Assembly (NCBI GenBank): GCA_040954595.2
Contig: CM082591.2
Coordinates: 4,929,009 to 4,993,008, forward strand
Source of the DNA: Balanoglossus misakiensis
Taxonomy: Eukaryota > Animalia > Hemichordata
Reading direction: 5' to 3'
Length of the DNA stretch: 64,000 nucleotides
Shown here: in pieces, positions 27,134-39,984 of the stretch
How the letters are laid out: every line of letters starts with the position of its first letter
Position numbering within the stretch: the first letter of the stretch is position 1
Translations under genes and position numbers: made by a program
Notes under the pieces: model-generated
Told to the model about the DNA's origin: nothing
The model's input: the letters and a program-made list of their open reading frames with translations, nothing else
Database searches by the model: none

Positions 27134-30100
27134 TTAGTCATCTTTCCTGATGGAACAGCAGAGGCAGATAGCACCCACCAAGGAACTCAGCTGTGGAGGA
27201 AGATTGCCATGTGTATGTCAATTTATGTTGCGATGTGATCCAATATGGCCACCAGGCGGCCATTTTGTTTTGATTTTTATCATGTCTGGATCCATTACAC
27301 AGACATGCTTGGTACAACTCCAATGCGCTAAGATTTATTTTGAGTGAAGGACTGACTTAACCAAATGGAATCTCTAGTAGGAATGGGTAGTGCTTATACT
27401 CACAATGATGACAGAGAACCCACAGATAACAGCTCCGGTGATGATGATGTTCTTGGTGAGCAAGTCCCGGACTGTTGTGTAACAACCCTGAAATTGATGA
27501 CATCGCAAATTATGAGCACACATTTGAAACATTACTAATCTTAGTACTACCGGTAACACCATAACCCTTTCACCCCCAGTTCCCTCCAAGAGGTCCAAAA
27601 TTACCATAGAAAAAAATGGGTTTGGACTGAACCATGGTGTTGAAAGGGTTAAAGAGATTTCATCAAGACCTATGACACCCAGGAATTTATAATTCCAGTA
27701 ATGCACACACATTGTACACAGATGTAATAAATGTGGGTGGGTGTACGTGTGAGTAAAAGGATTTGCCTGGTATCGTTGGAATCTTGATCCAAAATAGCAA
27801 ACTCAATTGATGACACAAAAATTGAATATTTCACGGGACAGTACCTGCAACTTTTATTAAATTTTATTATATAGTGTTTTGCACTGTGTTGTTTATCTCC
27901 CTAGCAATTCATGTACAGACCTGCTTGCTACACGAATTGGTATGGTAGGGTCCGGGTTCAAATCTCGTTAAGTACAAATTGATACAGTATGATCCCCACT
28001 GGGACTGCAGATAATTGACTTGAAAGAAGTATGGCACATATACAAAATAATTAATAAACAGAAGAAGGCAAGAAGCTTCTTATCAGATAAATGCATTTGG
28101 GGATCTCACAAATACACCACCCTGGAGACCATGTTGGACTCTCCCAAATAACTTTGTCCTGCATATAATCTCCCAACAGAATTATTTACTTAGTACTAAC
28201 AGTCGCTGTGTGCAAATAATATTATATTGACATACAAGTATCAACATTTATGACATAGTCAATTAAACAGGTCAGCAATATCAAAAGTTGACACAGGTCA
28301 GGTACGCAGAGAATTATGAAAATACAAATCTCTTGATGTTTTTTTCTGCCATGTCATAAAAGTATGTGTGTCAAATTTTATATCAGACACTCAAATGACC
28401 AAACAGCATAATTTCAACAGTTATAGCATTTCTTGTGATATTTCCCACAGAGCATTCAAGACCTAGTACTTGACTTGTCATTGTAGCCTGTACAACTGTC
28501 TATTACTGCAATGCATAATATCTACCATGGTACTAGCAATTGAAGTTGCATTATCATCAACACTCAAGCAACCAGTGCTGTATTAAAATGCACTGCAGTT
28601 TTGACTGGACACTTACATCAGGGTTCATGTAGTCATACCAATCAGGATCATTTGGATCGCGACACTTGACCACGTTTAAAATGCCGCTGCCCTGGTAGAC
28701 GCAGCAGGAATCAGGCCACTGATTGCCGGTAGCGTTGTACCACGCAGCGGTCTGGTAATCCGTGTAGAGGAAAGTACCGCAACAGTCAAACTGAAAACAG
28801 AAGGAAGGATTAATAAATTTTAATTCATCTGTTATGACTTTAGAAACATACATATGCAAATGTAAGTAAGTCAAAGGAGGCACACAGTGTAACTGCTACA
28901 ATGTACATTATTGAAAACAATATTGTTGTTACATGTACTTTGTATTACACTGTAGTGTAACTGCTACAATGTACATCATTGCAAACAATGTGGTTGGTAC
29001 TTTGTATTGCACTGTACATCATGGCAAATAATGCGTTGTTACTTTTTATCACATTTTTAATTTACTTTGATAAAACATGTATTGGTTGGCAGGGCCTCCC
29101 TCAACAATGGGAACAAAGCAAATGGTGTGTTTATAAACATCGAAGTTGCAATATGAAGTTCAGACCACCCTCCCCCTTTTATAAACGGAGGTTTTTCTTA
29201 CCGTCTTTTGTACAACATCCCAGGCATCCGTGATGACCTGACTGGCTGTTCCACTCTGTCCGTAATCTTCCTGCAGAGTCTGATTCATTGTCTTCTGCAG
29301 ATAGCTTTCCAGTTCGTCCTGATACAGGGCGATCACAACGCCCACAGCCACCTCCAAGATGAAGATCAAGCCGACGATGATGATGTACTGATGATGGACA
29401 AGAGATAAATTACTATGGTTACATGATAAACATTTAACAATATGTACCATCCCAACGATATAAAGTAGATCTACTTGCACTTGGATGCCATTTTTCGTTT
29501 CTTTCTCCTTATCTTTAGGCAACGGCACTATTCTGAATTTGTGACGATTCTAAATCGTGCACATTGTGCATACAATGATATTTTAAGTACTCTTCCAACA
29601 GGAGGATGAATAAATGATAAAGTTGGACCTCTAAAGAGGGAACTGGGGGTGAAAGGGTTAACTATTCATTTCCAGCCACTCTGTACTGGTGATTTCCACC
29701 TCTGTTGCTCCTCTCTAAGATATTCTGATGCAGTACAAATCATCATTTTCATGGATAAACCTCTAAGATTTGAACTCACAACTTACAATGATTAGGAGGA
29801 ACTTGACTTCTTTCCAGGCACCGCAACATCCACAGAAACCGACAAGAGCGATAAACGCCCCGACCCCTATCAGCGCGTACGTGGAGCTGTTGAGGGCAGC
29901 ATTGTCCACGATATTGGTGAATGAAGTGGAGTCCACTATGATCCATACACCCAGTCCCACCAGTGCTAGCCCAGTCAACTGTAATCCAAAAAATTAAACT
30001 GTTTGAAAACCAGTGTAGAAATATACATACTGTAAAACACTAAATATTTTCGCGAGCAATACATTTTCGCGAAATACGTGAATAACGTGAAAATAAAAAG

Positions 30101-31435
30101 TCGCGAATTTTTTTTTAAGATAACGATGTAGTGAATGAAATAAGAGAACGCGAGAATTAATACTCGCGAAACAGTGGCCTCTCTCGATATCGCGAAAAAC
30201 TTTAACTCGCGAAAATAAAGTGTTTTACAGTATTCCGGTATGTATTCTGGTGATGCCTGTCCACTACATGTATATACATACATCATATGGTACACATACT
30301 TCCTGGGGGGAAAAAAAATATTTGACTCGCATGCGTGCTGTACAACTGACTCCATGAAATTTGCCCAGATACCTTGACAACAATCCGTCAAACTGATAAG
30401 AAAATATCTAGGTCTCTAATCCGAAGTCTCAGGAGATAGATCATGAAATCCATAGATTAATTGCCACTTATAATTTATTTAATAGACTGTGTTCCCCTGG
30501 GATGCATTAGATGTATGAAATATTGATAATTAACACCTGTAAATGAAATTAATATGTTTGGCCTCTAATTATTAATATAAATAGGAACATAAATAATTGT
30601 CATTATACATCGTTTAGAAGAGCACACACTGTAGCTGGGTTTAACAACACATCAATATTTTTTGCTTGAAGGGTAGTTATATCTTCCAGGTGTGAGCTAT
30701 TTTTCTAAATCATTTTTATTAATTATCATACACCTGGATTCCTGTTGACTTGAATCACTTGTCTATTCGAGAAAAAGCCCTTATATCCCGTAGCTTTTCT
30801 TAAACAAAATAATCCCCAAGTCTCATTGCTCAAACAAGTTCTTCTTTGGCAAATAATGAATAGATTCTTATGGTGTTCCATGATCATTAGTCTGGGGTTT
30901 TATCGAACTGGTGGTTATAAATGTCTCCTAATATAACTGAAGTGGAGAACATTTGTGAGCAGTGACTTGTTGACATTTCCGATGACACAGCCTTTATAAA
31001 TAGATGCCATAAATTTTTACAACCACTCCATTCCTAATAACCTTTGCTTGGGACACAAATCTTTAAAGTGTCAGCCTAGTACAATGGCGACAAAATGACC
31101 TGTATAAAACGAATAATGACTTTTTTAGCCGAGTACTATTTCATTTTCATTTTTGTTGTCAATTCTCTGAATTCATAGATAACTATCAACAGCGGCAACT
31201 TTTCTTCCTGGTGCATTCCAGGTCAACATCTGTAAAAACCCAGCAAAAGGTGTTGCCTGTAAAAGTCCACAGTTTTTGTTTACTTTATGTCTGATTTGAT
31301 CTTTGAATTTGATATGCAAGAATTGATTATGTCATAAATTTAGACAGAACTGACTGAACTTTTATGTTTGTCACTCACCACAACAAGAACATTGAAAACC
31401 ACCAAGAACTGCTTCAAGCCTTTGTCTTCAGACAT
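27134..31435 (-). CDS. Tetraspanin paralog 4 (~249 aa)
   Basis: Exons 31379-31435 (MSEDKGLKQFLVVFNVLVV), 29787-29978 (..GFCGCCGAWKE), 29202-29387, 28617-28790 (FDCCG..PDSCC), 27404-27487, 27134-27190 (LSSLVGAICLCCSIRKDD*). Confidence 0.95.
27561..27652 (+). mobile_element. Best-preserved ~84-bp piggyBac-like MITE
   Basis: ataa-CCCTTTCA...TGAAAGGG-ttaa. TTAA target site and CCC/GGG termini are typical of piggyBac. Confidence 0.8.
28885..29090. repeat. Dispersed repeat with ~60-bp internal tandem units
   Basis: gtaactgctacaatgtacat units; inverted homolog at 48134-48390 and a partial copy at ~44645-44732. Confidence 0.75.
29616..29661 (-). mobile_element. Partial piggyBac-like MITE copy
   Basis: aagttggacctct..gggaactgggggtgaaagggttaa. 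Confidence 0.65.
30028..30232. mobile_element. ~200-bp TA-flanked MITE (Tc1/mariner-type ends)
   Basis: TA-ctgtaaaacac..attttcgcgag at the left end and ctcgcgaaaat..gtgttttacag-TA at the right end; repeated internal tcgcga motifs. Confidence 0.85.
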
Positions 31436-32207
31436 CTTGGAAATATGCTGTCAATGCGCAGGGAATTCAAACTATGATCGCTGGCCCCAGTAATTCCTGT
31501 TCCACGGTTGGCCGCCAAAGTCTGCAATAAACACAGGAAAATAAAACATTAATTCTTGTGAATTATTTGGATGAGCTAAAATCTGGATCAAATCAGAGTA
31601 GCTTTCTTTATTTACTAATTCAACACTAGGAGGTCATTGAACCTTCTTTTGGGGACCTTGACTTTCTTCTGCAAGCAAATACAATACACATGATGTTGCC
31701 ATGACAATGTGACAACAATTATGTCACACTGTCCCTTTAATGGTGACCAGGTTATTAATAGCTAGCCAGGCTGATGTGTCCTGTTGTGATAAATAAGGAC
31801 ACTGCTTTGGATACAAGGCTTTGTTGTCACAGTTGACACACCGTGGCCTCTTCTGACGTCACATGTCGTGACCTCTCTATTGTGTATTCAGGCGTCATTA
31901 AATAATTGTAGTACAAGGCATATCCTGGTACATACACTTAATAGTTACACTCACAGCAGTACTATAGGGTAGCAAGTCAACATTGACACAAAAACCGAAA
32001 GCCAGCTACTGCATTGATTGATAGTATTACTTTCCTAAATTTCTTTCATTCACTCGCTATAAAATATCAGAGGCTGGTGCGAAGATACGTCACTATTTAG
32101 TATTTTGTTTAAAATAAAATTAGATTATACTCTAAGTCTACATCTACTTTTGCCTGCTTCAACCATTCCATTCTTTTAGAACAGCATTATTAATTAATCA
32201 TGTTCAA

Positions 32208-32242
32208 ATTGTGCGAATGAAATCAGATTTCATTCGCACAAT
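32208..32242. other. Perfect 17-bp-arm palindrome with 1-nt spacer
   Basis: attgtgcgaatgaaatc-a-gatttcattcgcacaat. Confidence 0.9.
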
Positions 32243-33968
32243 AGTGTACAGTGACTAATTAGATTTCAAATCTACACCAAGGCCACATTGGTTTGACATT
32301 GTCCAGGTAATCTTTAGAAAAATATACCTCTCCTTTATAAATTAAATCAATCGACACCTAATCAACCAATGCCACAACAAAACTGACAACCCCTACGTCA
32401 TCAGTTATGTCACTGCAATATACAAAACATCAGCACAATGAAACGTACAACACACCTTGAAAATGTTACGTAACACCTTAGCAATGACGATTCATTCGCT
32501 TTTCCCTTTCATTTCGTTGCAAAAAAATACAACGCGGAAGATCTGATTAACGGTAACCTCGTTTTTCGAAAAAGGATGTTTTTAACAAATAAAATGGTGT
32601 AGTTGCATACAGTACCAAATTCTAGCAAACCCACAAATGTCATTTTTCGGACGCATGCCATCGGAGGTTGTTGTTGCGCATCACTGTATTTCAATTCAGT
32701 ACAAGAGCGACGAACATAACAAGACTCGCAGCTGCGTTTCTTGTTAAAGACATTTGATTTGACATTTGACAGAGCGTCAATTTACCTCATTGACTGTCAC
32801 TTTTTTCAATTTCTGTCCCCTGACACCCCCTATACCAGTCTAATTTTTACCGACACGTTCTCGTCCGTAAACATTTTCCGTAAGCGGACTTTCAAAATGG
32901 CTGCTAAAATAACTCGTCGCGTCGCAAGCGACAAGTTATGAAAAATTAACCAGTCTCCCTTGTGGGCAATAAAATTATTGCAACTTGACAACGTGTAACT
33001 TAAAGCGCTCGCTTCAAATAGAAGAAAACCACACATACCGTCTATCAAAGCGTAGCCTGTAGGTATTAGTGAAAGGCTTGAACCGTGTAGTCAGCGCAGG
33101 TCGTTGTCGCTTTCACTTGACAATATTTGGTGGGTCAAAGGTCACCAAACAAACCGAGCGAGGGCGCCACGCAAGAAATTGACACACGCGCGCAAGTGAC
33201 CATGGTGACCGAGTCAAAGTTTCTAGACATTTTATCACACAGGACCACAGGCGAATTTGGCGTTCTTTTCGGGGAAACAAATAAATAAACAAACAAACAA
33301 ATAAAAAAAGAAACAATCACCACTGTCATGATAAACAACGCGGTGTCTTTACTTGAGCTGCCCGTAAAATATGTTTGATTCAAAATCCAAACAATAGAGG
33401 ATAAAACAATTGTAAACAAATACACATAAACAATCTCTGCTTACTTTCAGAAATGATTTTATTATCAATTAATAAACTTCAACAAGTCACAATCAACTGC
33501 ATATAAAAAAAGATAAATATTGACCATGTATAATAGGTTTTTCAGTGAACCTAAAACAATAAATATAATAATTTATAATTAAAATGAGTCATATAATAAA
33601 CTCACACCTGTAACTTGCTGTTGGTTGCGCTATAACAAATGTGCAAACACCTTACTAAAATGCCTTGTACTTAAAACTTTGAGCAGTTTTCCACCTTAAA
33701 CTTATTGGAAATGTGAGCATAATCACTCAAACTGTATGGAAAATTAATGCGCAATCTTCTTTTGGACAAAGTATGTCATTAAATTTCAAAAAGTCAAACG
33801 CAACCTTTGAACTTTGATAATAAAAAAGGAAAGGCATTTACTTTGTATGAACCTTCCCAGAACTTGAACGAACACAGCAAATATATTCACATAATTTCTA
33901 CAGATGTTTTTGCGTATAAAACTTATTTTCCTATATGTTTCTTCTGTGTCTTCCAGTTGGCTGGTTTC

Positions 33969-36011
33969 CTACCATAACATCGACTGCAAAGATTTCCTGA
34001 CGTTAGCCATCTCTTGATGTTGCTGTTAAGAAAATAAACTTGGTATGAGAATTAACTGTCCCGGAATGACTTATATGGTGAATTATCCTCTATGCAACCA
34101 TGATCCGATGTCCCTACGGTCAGATAATTATTTGATTTTACTTTTCAAGAAAAAGACATTTCTTCCCTGCAGTGTTTACTTACAGTATCCATGAGTATTT
34201 TCTTCTGAAGTAAACCCATCTCTTTACGGAGTTCTGTTTGCACGTTACCATGTTGATCTTGATGCCGTGTTTCCAAGTCGCTCATACCCTGTATTTTAAG
34301 AAAAGTAGGCTTGGCTTGTTAGTGTTCTGACAGTAACCTAAGCCTATAGCGCATACCTACGGTACATTGAAATTATATAATGGGATCTTACCTTTGCATA
34401 TTTCTCATGGAGCGTTCTGAGTGTCTTGAGTCTTTGGTTCTGAATGACGCGAGCCTGCTGGAACAACTTCTGCTGCTGATGAAACAGAGCCTAACAACAA
34501 AAAGCCACAAAAGAAATAAAAGAATGGCTTCTCAAATGGTTTATGACTATGAGTCTTCTATTGATAGATTTAGATGTGCTTGATGATACCTCAAGGTCTA
34601 CGACAACAGATTGCTACAGTAAAATTTAACCCTGTCTAATCTTGAAACCTATCTATACTGAACACTTTTTCCAGTCCTTTTGCATACAACTATGTGTGTA
34701 TAAACCAGAATGTGACAACTTCAGACTGATCTAGATTTCAATGATGACTGTAGCCTACTAACCTGTAGCTTGTCTTCATGTTGTTTTATTTTGGTGACAT
34801 CAGACTCCCATTGTTGAAACACATTCATGACTTGATTGATATACTCATCACTCAGTTTCTGTCTGCAATGAGAAATTAATGTATTTATGCCAGTAAAATG
34901 TCACATACGAATCAGCAAGCATTAGCCCAACATTTAATAGAAATTTATAGCAAATTTGTTCCTTTCTTTTTATGTTGAAAAAAATCTATAATGAGCCAGA
35001 CAGATCAGATACACCTCAGAGACTATCAAGTTGAATAGAAAGCCCTACCTTTCTGCCTGTTGATGTTTGAATATGTCCTCCACTCTACGGTTGCTATTCT
35101 TCAGTGACTGCTGAGTTAGAGTCTCCAAACGTTTGCGTTTAGCAGCAATAGTCTTACTAATATCAGCTGCACATCAAAGTAAACAAGCATATTTTTATCA
35201 AAACTGTAGTTTGGATGTTGATCACTAAAAAGTATAGGGTGAGATGGTATTCAAACTTTAAATGCAGCTATGTCTCCCTTGGCAGATTCCATTCAGATGA
35301 CTGGTGTTGTATTTCACTTCATTAGAAAATTTAACACTTTATGTAAAACTGACTGATCTCTTGTACAGAGAGCAACTTACTTCCGAATCTTTCCAACAGA
35401 TTATGGACTTCACCACTGAGAGGAGAAAAAAAAGAAAATACAATTTGCAAGTGCTAGCCTAGCACTTTGCAAGTTAAACTGACATTTCAGTCAAACTGAC
35501 ATGGTTTTCACTGCTTTGTGAAGGTGTTTTAACTAGACAAATGCTTGTAGTTATGCTCACCCTACATCATCATCATTGCTCTGTGTCACGGTTCTTTTCT
35601 TGCCAGCTGTTCTTGGAACTATTGGAGTTTCATCAGCTGTTTAAATTATAGGAAAAACAAGACCGGAGTCAGTTGCATACTTTCAAAGTTTAAACTGGCA
35701 TTTGAACAAAACCTGCCAAGTTTCTCTATCTTGGTGTTTGTTTTGTGTTTTTTTTTTTTTTGAGATTTCTAGTGGTAACTCCATAATCGTGATCATATTA
35801 CTGAACATTAAAACTGATCAATCTCAAGCACTGTTACTACGCTGTTATCATCACAGCCCAAATCAATTCACTTTGCAACATACTCACCACGAATGTTGTC
35901 AAGCTCATTGAAGTCTGTTGTGTCATCATCTTCATCGAAATCAAATGCAGATTCCGGCTCTGCAACAGGCTGCTTGGGCTTCTGTGCTTTTCGGGGTTGT
36001 TTCTTTGGCAT
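33969..36011 (-). CDS. SYCP3: Synaptonemal complex protein 3 (Cor1/Xlr family), 236 aa
   Basis: Exons 35888-36011, 35561-35636, 35381-35415 (GEVHNLLERFG), 35049-35166 (DISKTIAAKRKRLE), 34763-34862, 34392-34490 (QQQKLFQQARVIQNQRLK), 34184-34288 (LQKKILMDT), 33969-34022 (QHQEMANVRKSLQSMLW*). Total 711 nt in frame; both conserved SYCP3 motifs are present. Confidence 0.96.
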
Positions 36012-36925
36012 GATTTCTGCTGTCGCGATTAGTTCCACTTGTAAGTAAGTTAGTTGTAGTCTGCTGCAAGAAACAAACCACCGAATCCGACAAATTATAG
36101 AAAACTTCGGCCGTGCGTAGTTCCTCTCCAGCACATAATATATTCTGACAACTCTAACGCATTTGCAGTAATGTAAATATTGAGTTAAAAAGACAGAAAA
36201 ATCAGAATACCTGTTAAAAACTTTGGTTGCCAATCCTCGACATCAACATCGACTAGCGCTAGTGTCTTCTGCTATATCCGAAAATAGTTCTGAGCAAAAC
36301 TTTTATTTTGAAACGCTACGCGCAAACTATTTGATATAATTCTTTTTGTACACGAAGGCTTATAGTAAAGTAATAAAACTAAAATCGAAAATATTTTATT
36401 TTTTATTGCTTGTTTTACAGATTTTTTTTCGGTTGTTTTTAGCCGTTGTAAACTTTTACACATGTACTTTTTTTCTCAAAGAGGCAGGATATGAATATGA
36501 CAGCTGTAGTGCAGTCCAGCCTGTCGTCTGCCATTGATGGCGCCAAACTTTAAATACTTGGCCGGCGATTCGACCGACTTTTCATTTCTTTGTAACTCTA
36601 CCCCTTGTACTACTTTCCAAGAAAACATATGTGACTTCTTCTGATAAAAGTTTGTGGGATTCAAAAGGTTATACGCACGGTAACAAAAGTGCACTGCCCG
36701 ACATGACATCGACAAGGAATCTCCGAGGTCAAAGGTTAAACCAGGTCACAGGAAGACGTGCGAGTGTTTACCGATCATTCATTCATCGCTGTTGGAAAAA
36801 AGGCCGGACTTTGCATCAAATAGCGCAACTGGACTTGATCCGATCATGATTGTAGCAATCAGGAAGACTTTGTGATCAGATCAAGTGCTGTAAACGCTCC
36901 GCAGATTACTTGTTGCGTCGCGATC

Positions 36926-39215
36926 ATGTATTTTTTGCCGACGCTACCGTCAAATCTATTTGACTTCTGCTACACTTCCGTATATCTCGCCTTTGCCTTG
37001 TTGGTGGGATGGCGATACTGTTGCGATAAATCGGTGAAATTGTCTTGGCACATAGCGTTGGTGGTTGTCAGTTTACCCGTGTGCTATTATTTCATGGACA
37101 GTATAGGCGTGTTCGTGTTTTCAGTAGTCTGTTACACTGTCTACGAATATTTGCCAGTACCTCGACTGGACGTTGGAAATAAAGCTGTTTTGATTACCGG
37201 TAAGTGAAATTCACATACCAGTCAGATATCAAATTCTGATGATCACATTTCACTCGTAGCATAAGCATGATGTAATTCACAAGGCCCTGGGAAACATCCG
37301 ACCTTTAGCCTTGTAGTAGCTACACGTACAATTACTAGGTCTATATATGACAACAAGTATACGCCATAATTGAGGTCACGTATTGCCATGGAAATTCTAC
37401 ATATCCAAGGCTTCTGAAGGTAAACAGACATGGAAAATTTGCGTTTTTGTAAAATCTGTGTTGTTAGATCTTTCAAATACGGAACAGTTTCATAACAGTG
37501 GTATAAAATAAAAAATGGACAATTTAAAAACATCAACAAGCATTAAGATTATCCTGCTGAATACTGTTTTGATAAAAAAAATGAACCTGTCCTTGAAAAA
37601 ATAGGTCATTCTAGGGCAAGCACAATGCAGGTTGAACTCAGTGTTATTATCCATTACTGTCTGTTCATTTCAGGTTGCGACAGTGGGTTCGGACACGCCA
37701 CGGCCAAACACCTGGATCATCTCGGTTTCCAGGTTTTTGCCGGATGCTTGTTCAAAGGCGGCGAAGGGGAACAACAGCTGCTAGAGGAGTGTTCGAGTCA
37801 CCTGACCACGTTACAGCTGGATGTCACCAAACAAGAACAGATCGATGAAGCTTTCCAAATTGTCAGAGAAAAACTGGGCAGGAAAGGTAAAACCTCAGTA
37901 GGATTCTTGTTGGAAGTGTCTTCACTATATGCAACTGTATGTTTTCACAGTTGAAGGTAATTATTTTTTCATTCCTGCTTTGATTCCAGGTTTGTGGGGT
38001 TTAGTAAACAATGCCGGGATAGTAGCTCCAAGCAACGTGGAAATTATACCCATCCACTTATTTCAAAAAGTCTGGGACGTCAACTGCCTCGGCGGTTTTC
38101 GAATGGTCAAGACATTTTTGCCTTTGATACGGAAGTCCAAAGGAAGGATTGTCAATGTCACAAGTATTGCAGGTAAGATTTGGCGTAAATCATGGAAGAA
38201 TTTAGAAGAAACACTGAGCTCTAGTACAACTTGTGTCATGTTACACACATTGTATTTTCTGTATATCACATGACCATGTCTCAGCCAATCATATACGAAT
38301 CACATGACCATGTCTCAGCCAATCATCTGCGTATCACATGACCATGTCTCAGCCAATCATAACTGGATAAACTATACATTTTGCAGGCAGAATACCTTTT
38401 CGTGGTGGGAGTGCGTACTGTGTCTCCAAGGCTGCTTTTGAGATGTTATCAGACGTTCTGAGACAAGAAATGGAAGACTGGGGGGTACACGTCAGTATTG
38501 TGCAGCCGAGTGGATTTCAAACCCGTAAGAGTTTCTGTCAAAGCTCCATTAGCTGCAACTTTTCTATTAGTATTTTTGTTATGCGTATCTATTGCAGTTT
38601 CTTGTTCAAATCCCTGAAGCATGATGAAATGTCCAGCACATGTATGTGTATACATGTATATGTATATAGTCAGCATTGTTATTGTGCAAAATTTGAATTC
38701 AAGTCCGGACTAGAATTCATGTCAACAATAGCAATGGCTGTGTTAGTCTTGGGTGAGCCCAGAGCTCACCCCCCTGGAAACTCAGTTCTGATTTTCAATT
38801 AACATATATTAACATGAACACAAAGTGACAAACCAGTTAAATCAATTTTTTTTTTGTATCTATAGATATCGCTGAAAAAGACAAGATGGAAGTGATCTAT
38901 CGCGATATTATGGATAGTCTCGATGATGAGGTCAGGACGAGTTACGACGTGGACAGCTACTCGTCATTGGTCGAGGAGAAACTGGAGAAGAATGAATTGA
39001 TCGACCGATCACGATACTGTCCGGATTTGAGTCCGTTAGTCGGCGTTGTACTGGACGCGCTGCTCTCCAAGTATCCAAGGACACGGTATCCGATTGGTTG
39101 GGGCAGTAAGGCCATCACCTGGAGCGCCGATCATCTGCCGTCTGTTGTCTTGGACTTTGTGCACCTGGTTCTTCCGACGGAATTGTTGTACGTCAAACCC
39201 AAAAAACGAAAGTAG
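36926..39215 (+). CDS. Short-chain dehydrogenase/reductase, SDR9C-type (HSD17B2/HSD11B2/BDH1/RDH-like), copy 1 (~385 aa)
   Basis: Exons 36926-37199, 37674-37886, 37990-38172, 38387-38524, 38866-39215. Motifs ITGCDSGFG, LVNNAG, GRIVNVTS, YCVSK; hydrophobic N-terminus. Confidence 0.93.
38265..38360. repeat. Three-copy 34-bp tandem minisatellite
   Basis: atcacatgaccatgtctcagccaatcat at 38265, 38299 and 38333. Confidence 0.9.
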
Positions 39216-39984
39216 AGCTGTTTACGTGGAAGCTGTAAACAACTTTCGCCCCTTCGTTGAAGTACCTTGAGAAGAACTTGTGCTGAATATTATAACAATA
39301 GACAATTGCTATTGTTTTACGTTTTATTGTTTCTGTTTACAAATTACAACCGTAAGGGTGGTTTTGTTTGAATGCATGCAGTGCTTGGCACTAAGTATAC
39401 TTCTAGTTTTGCATATTATTTGATACAAATTAGATAAAAATTTACCAGAATCCTAGTTTATGATGATATACATTGTAGCAGTCACTCTTTGGGCCTATTT
39501 TACATTAAGGGTCAACACAATACCGGTATTAGAATACGAATTAAATTTTAACATTTCATCAGGGTGTATTTTGCAATAAACACATGATTCTATGCAAAAA
39601 TCGATACTGGTTGTCATTTCTTACATTTTTCTTACAGCTATTTTCATCTGTGCATCATGTGCAGTTTCTTATTACATCAATTTTCAGAAAATAACCCAAA
39701 GTTGCCTTGAGAAAATTACGAGAAAACAGGTTTACGACTTTCATTCTTGAGGGGCAAACTAAATTAATTATGTTTTATATTAAAACGAATTGTCACCAAC
39801 ACACTGAGTCACAGGAAACCAATATGTGAGGTGAAACAAGGTGAGTGACTTGGTCACGTGTCAGTATGTTATGCTGAACAAACAAGCCTTAACATCTGAG
39901 GACATAGTCGAAGTTACATTGTACCCAGTTACTAGAGTGGTCAAATTTTCCATACTAGGTAATAGGTGGCAATATTCTGTCAAA

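Noticed and set aside
38265-38360. CRISPR-like repeat with short spacers
   Set aside because: Eukaryotic intron, spacers only 6 nt and no cas genes; it is a minisatellite.
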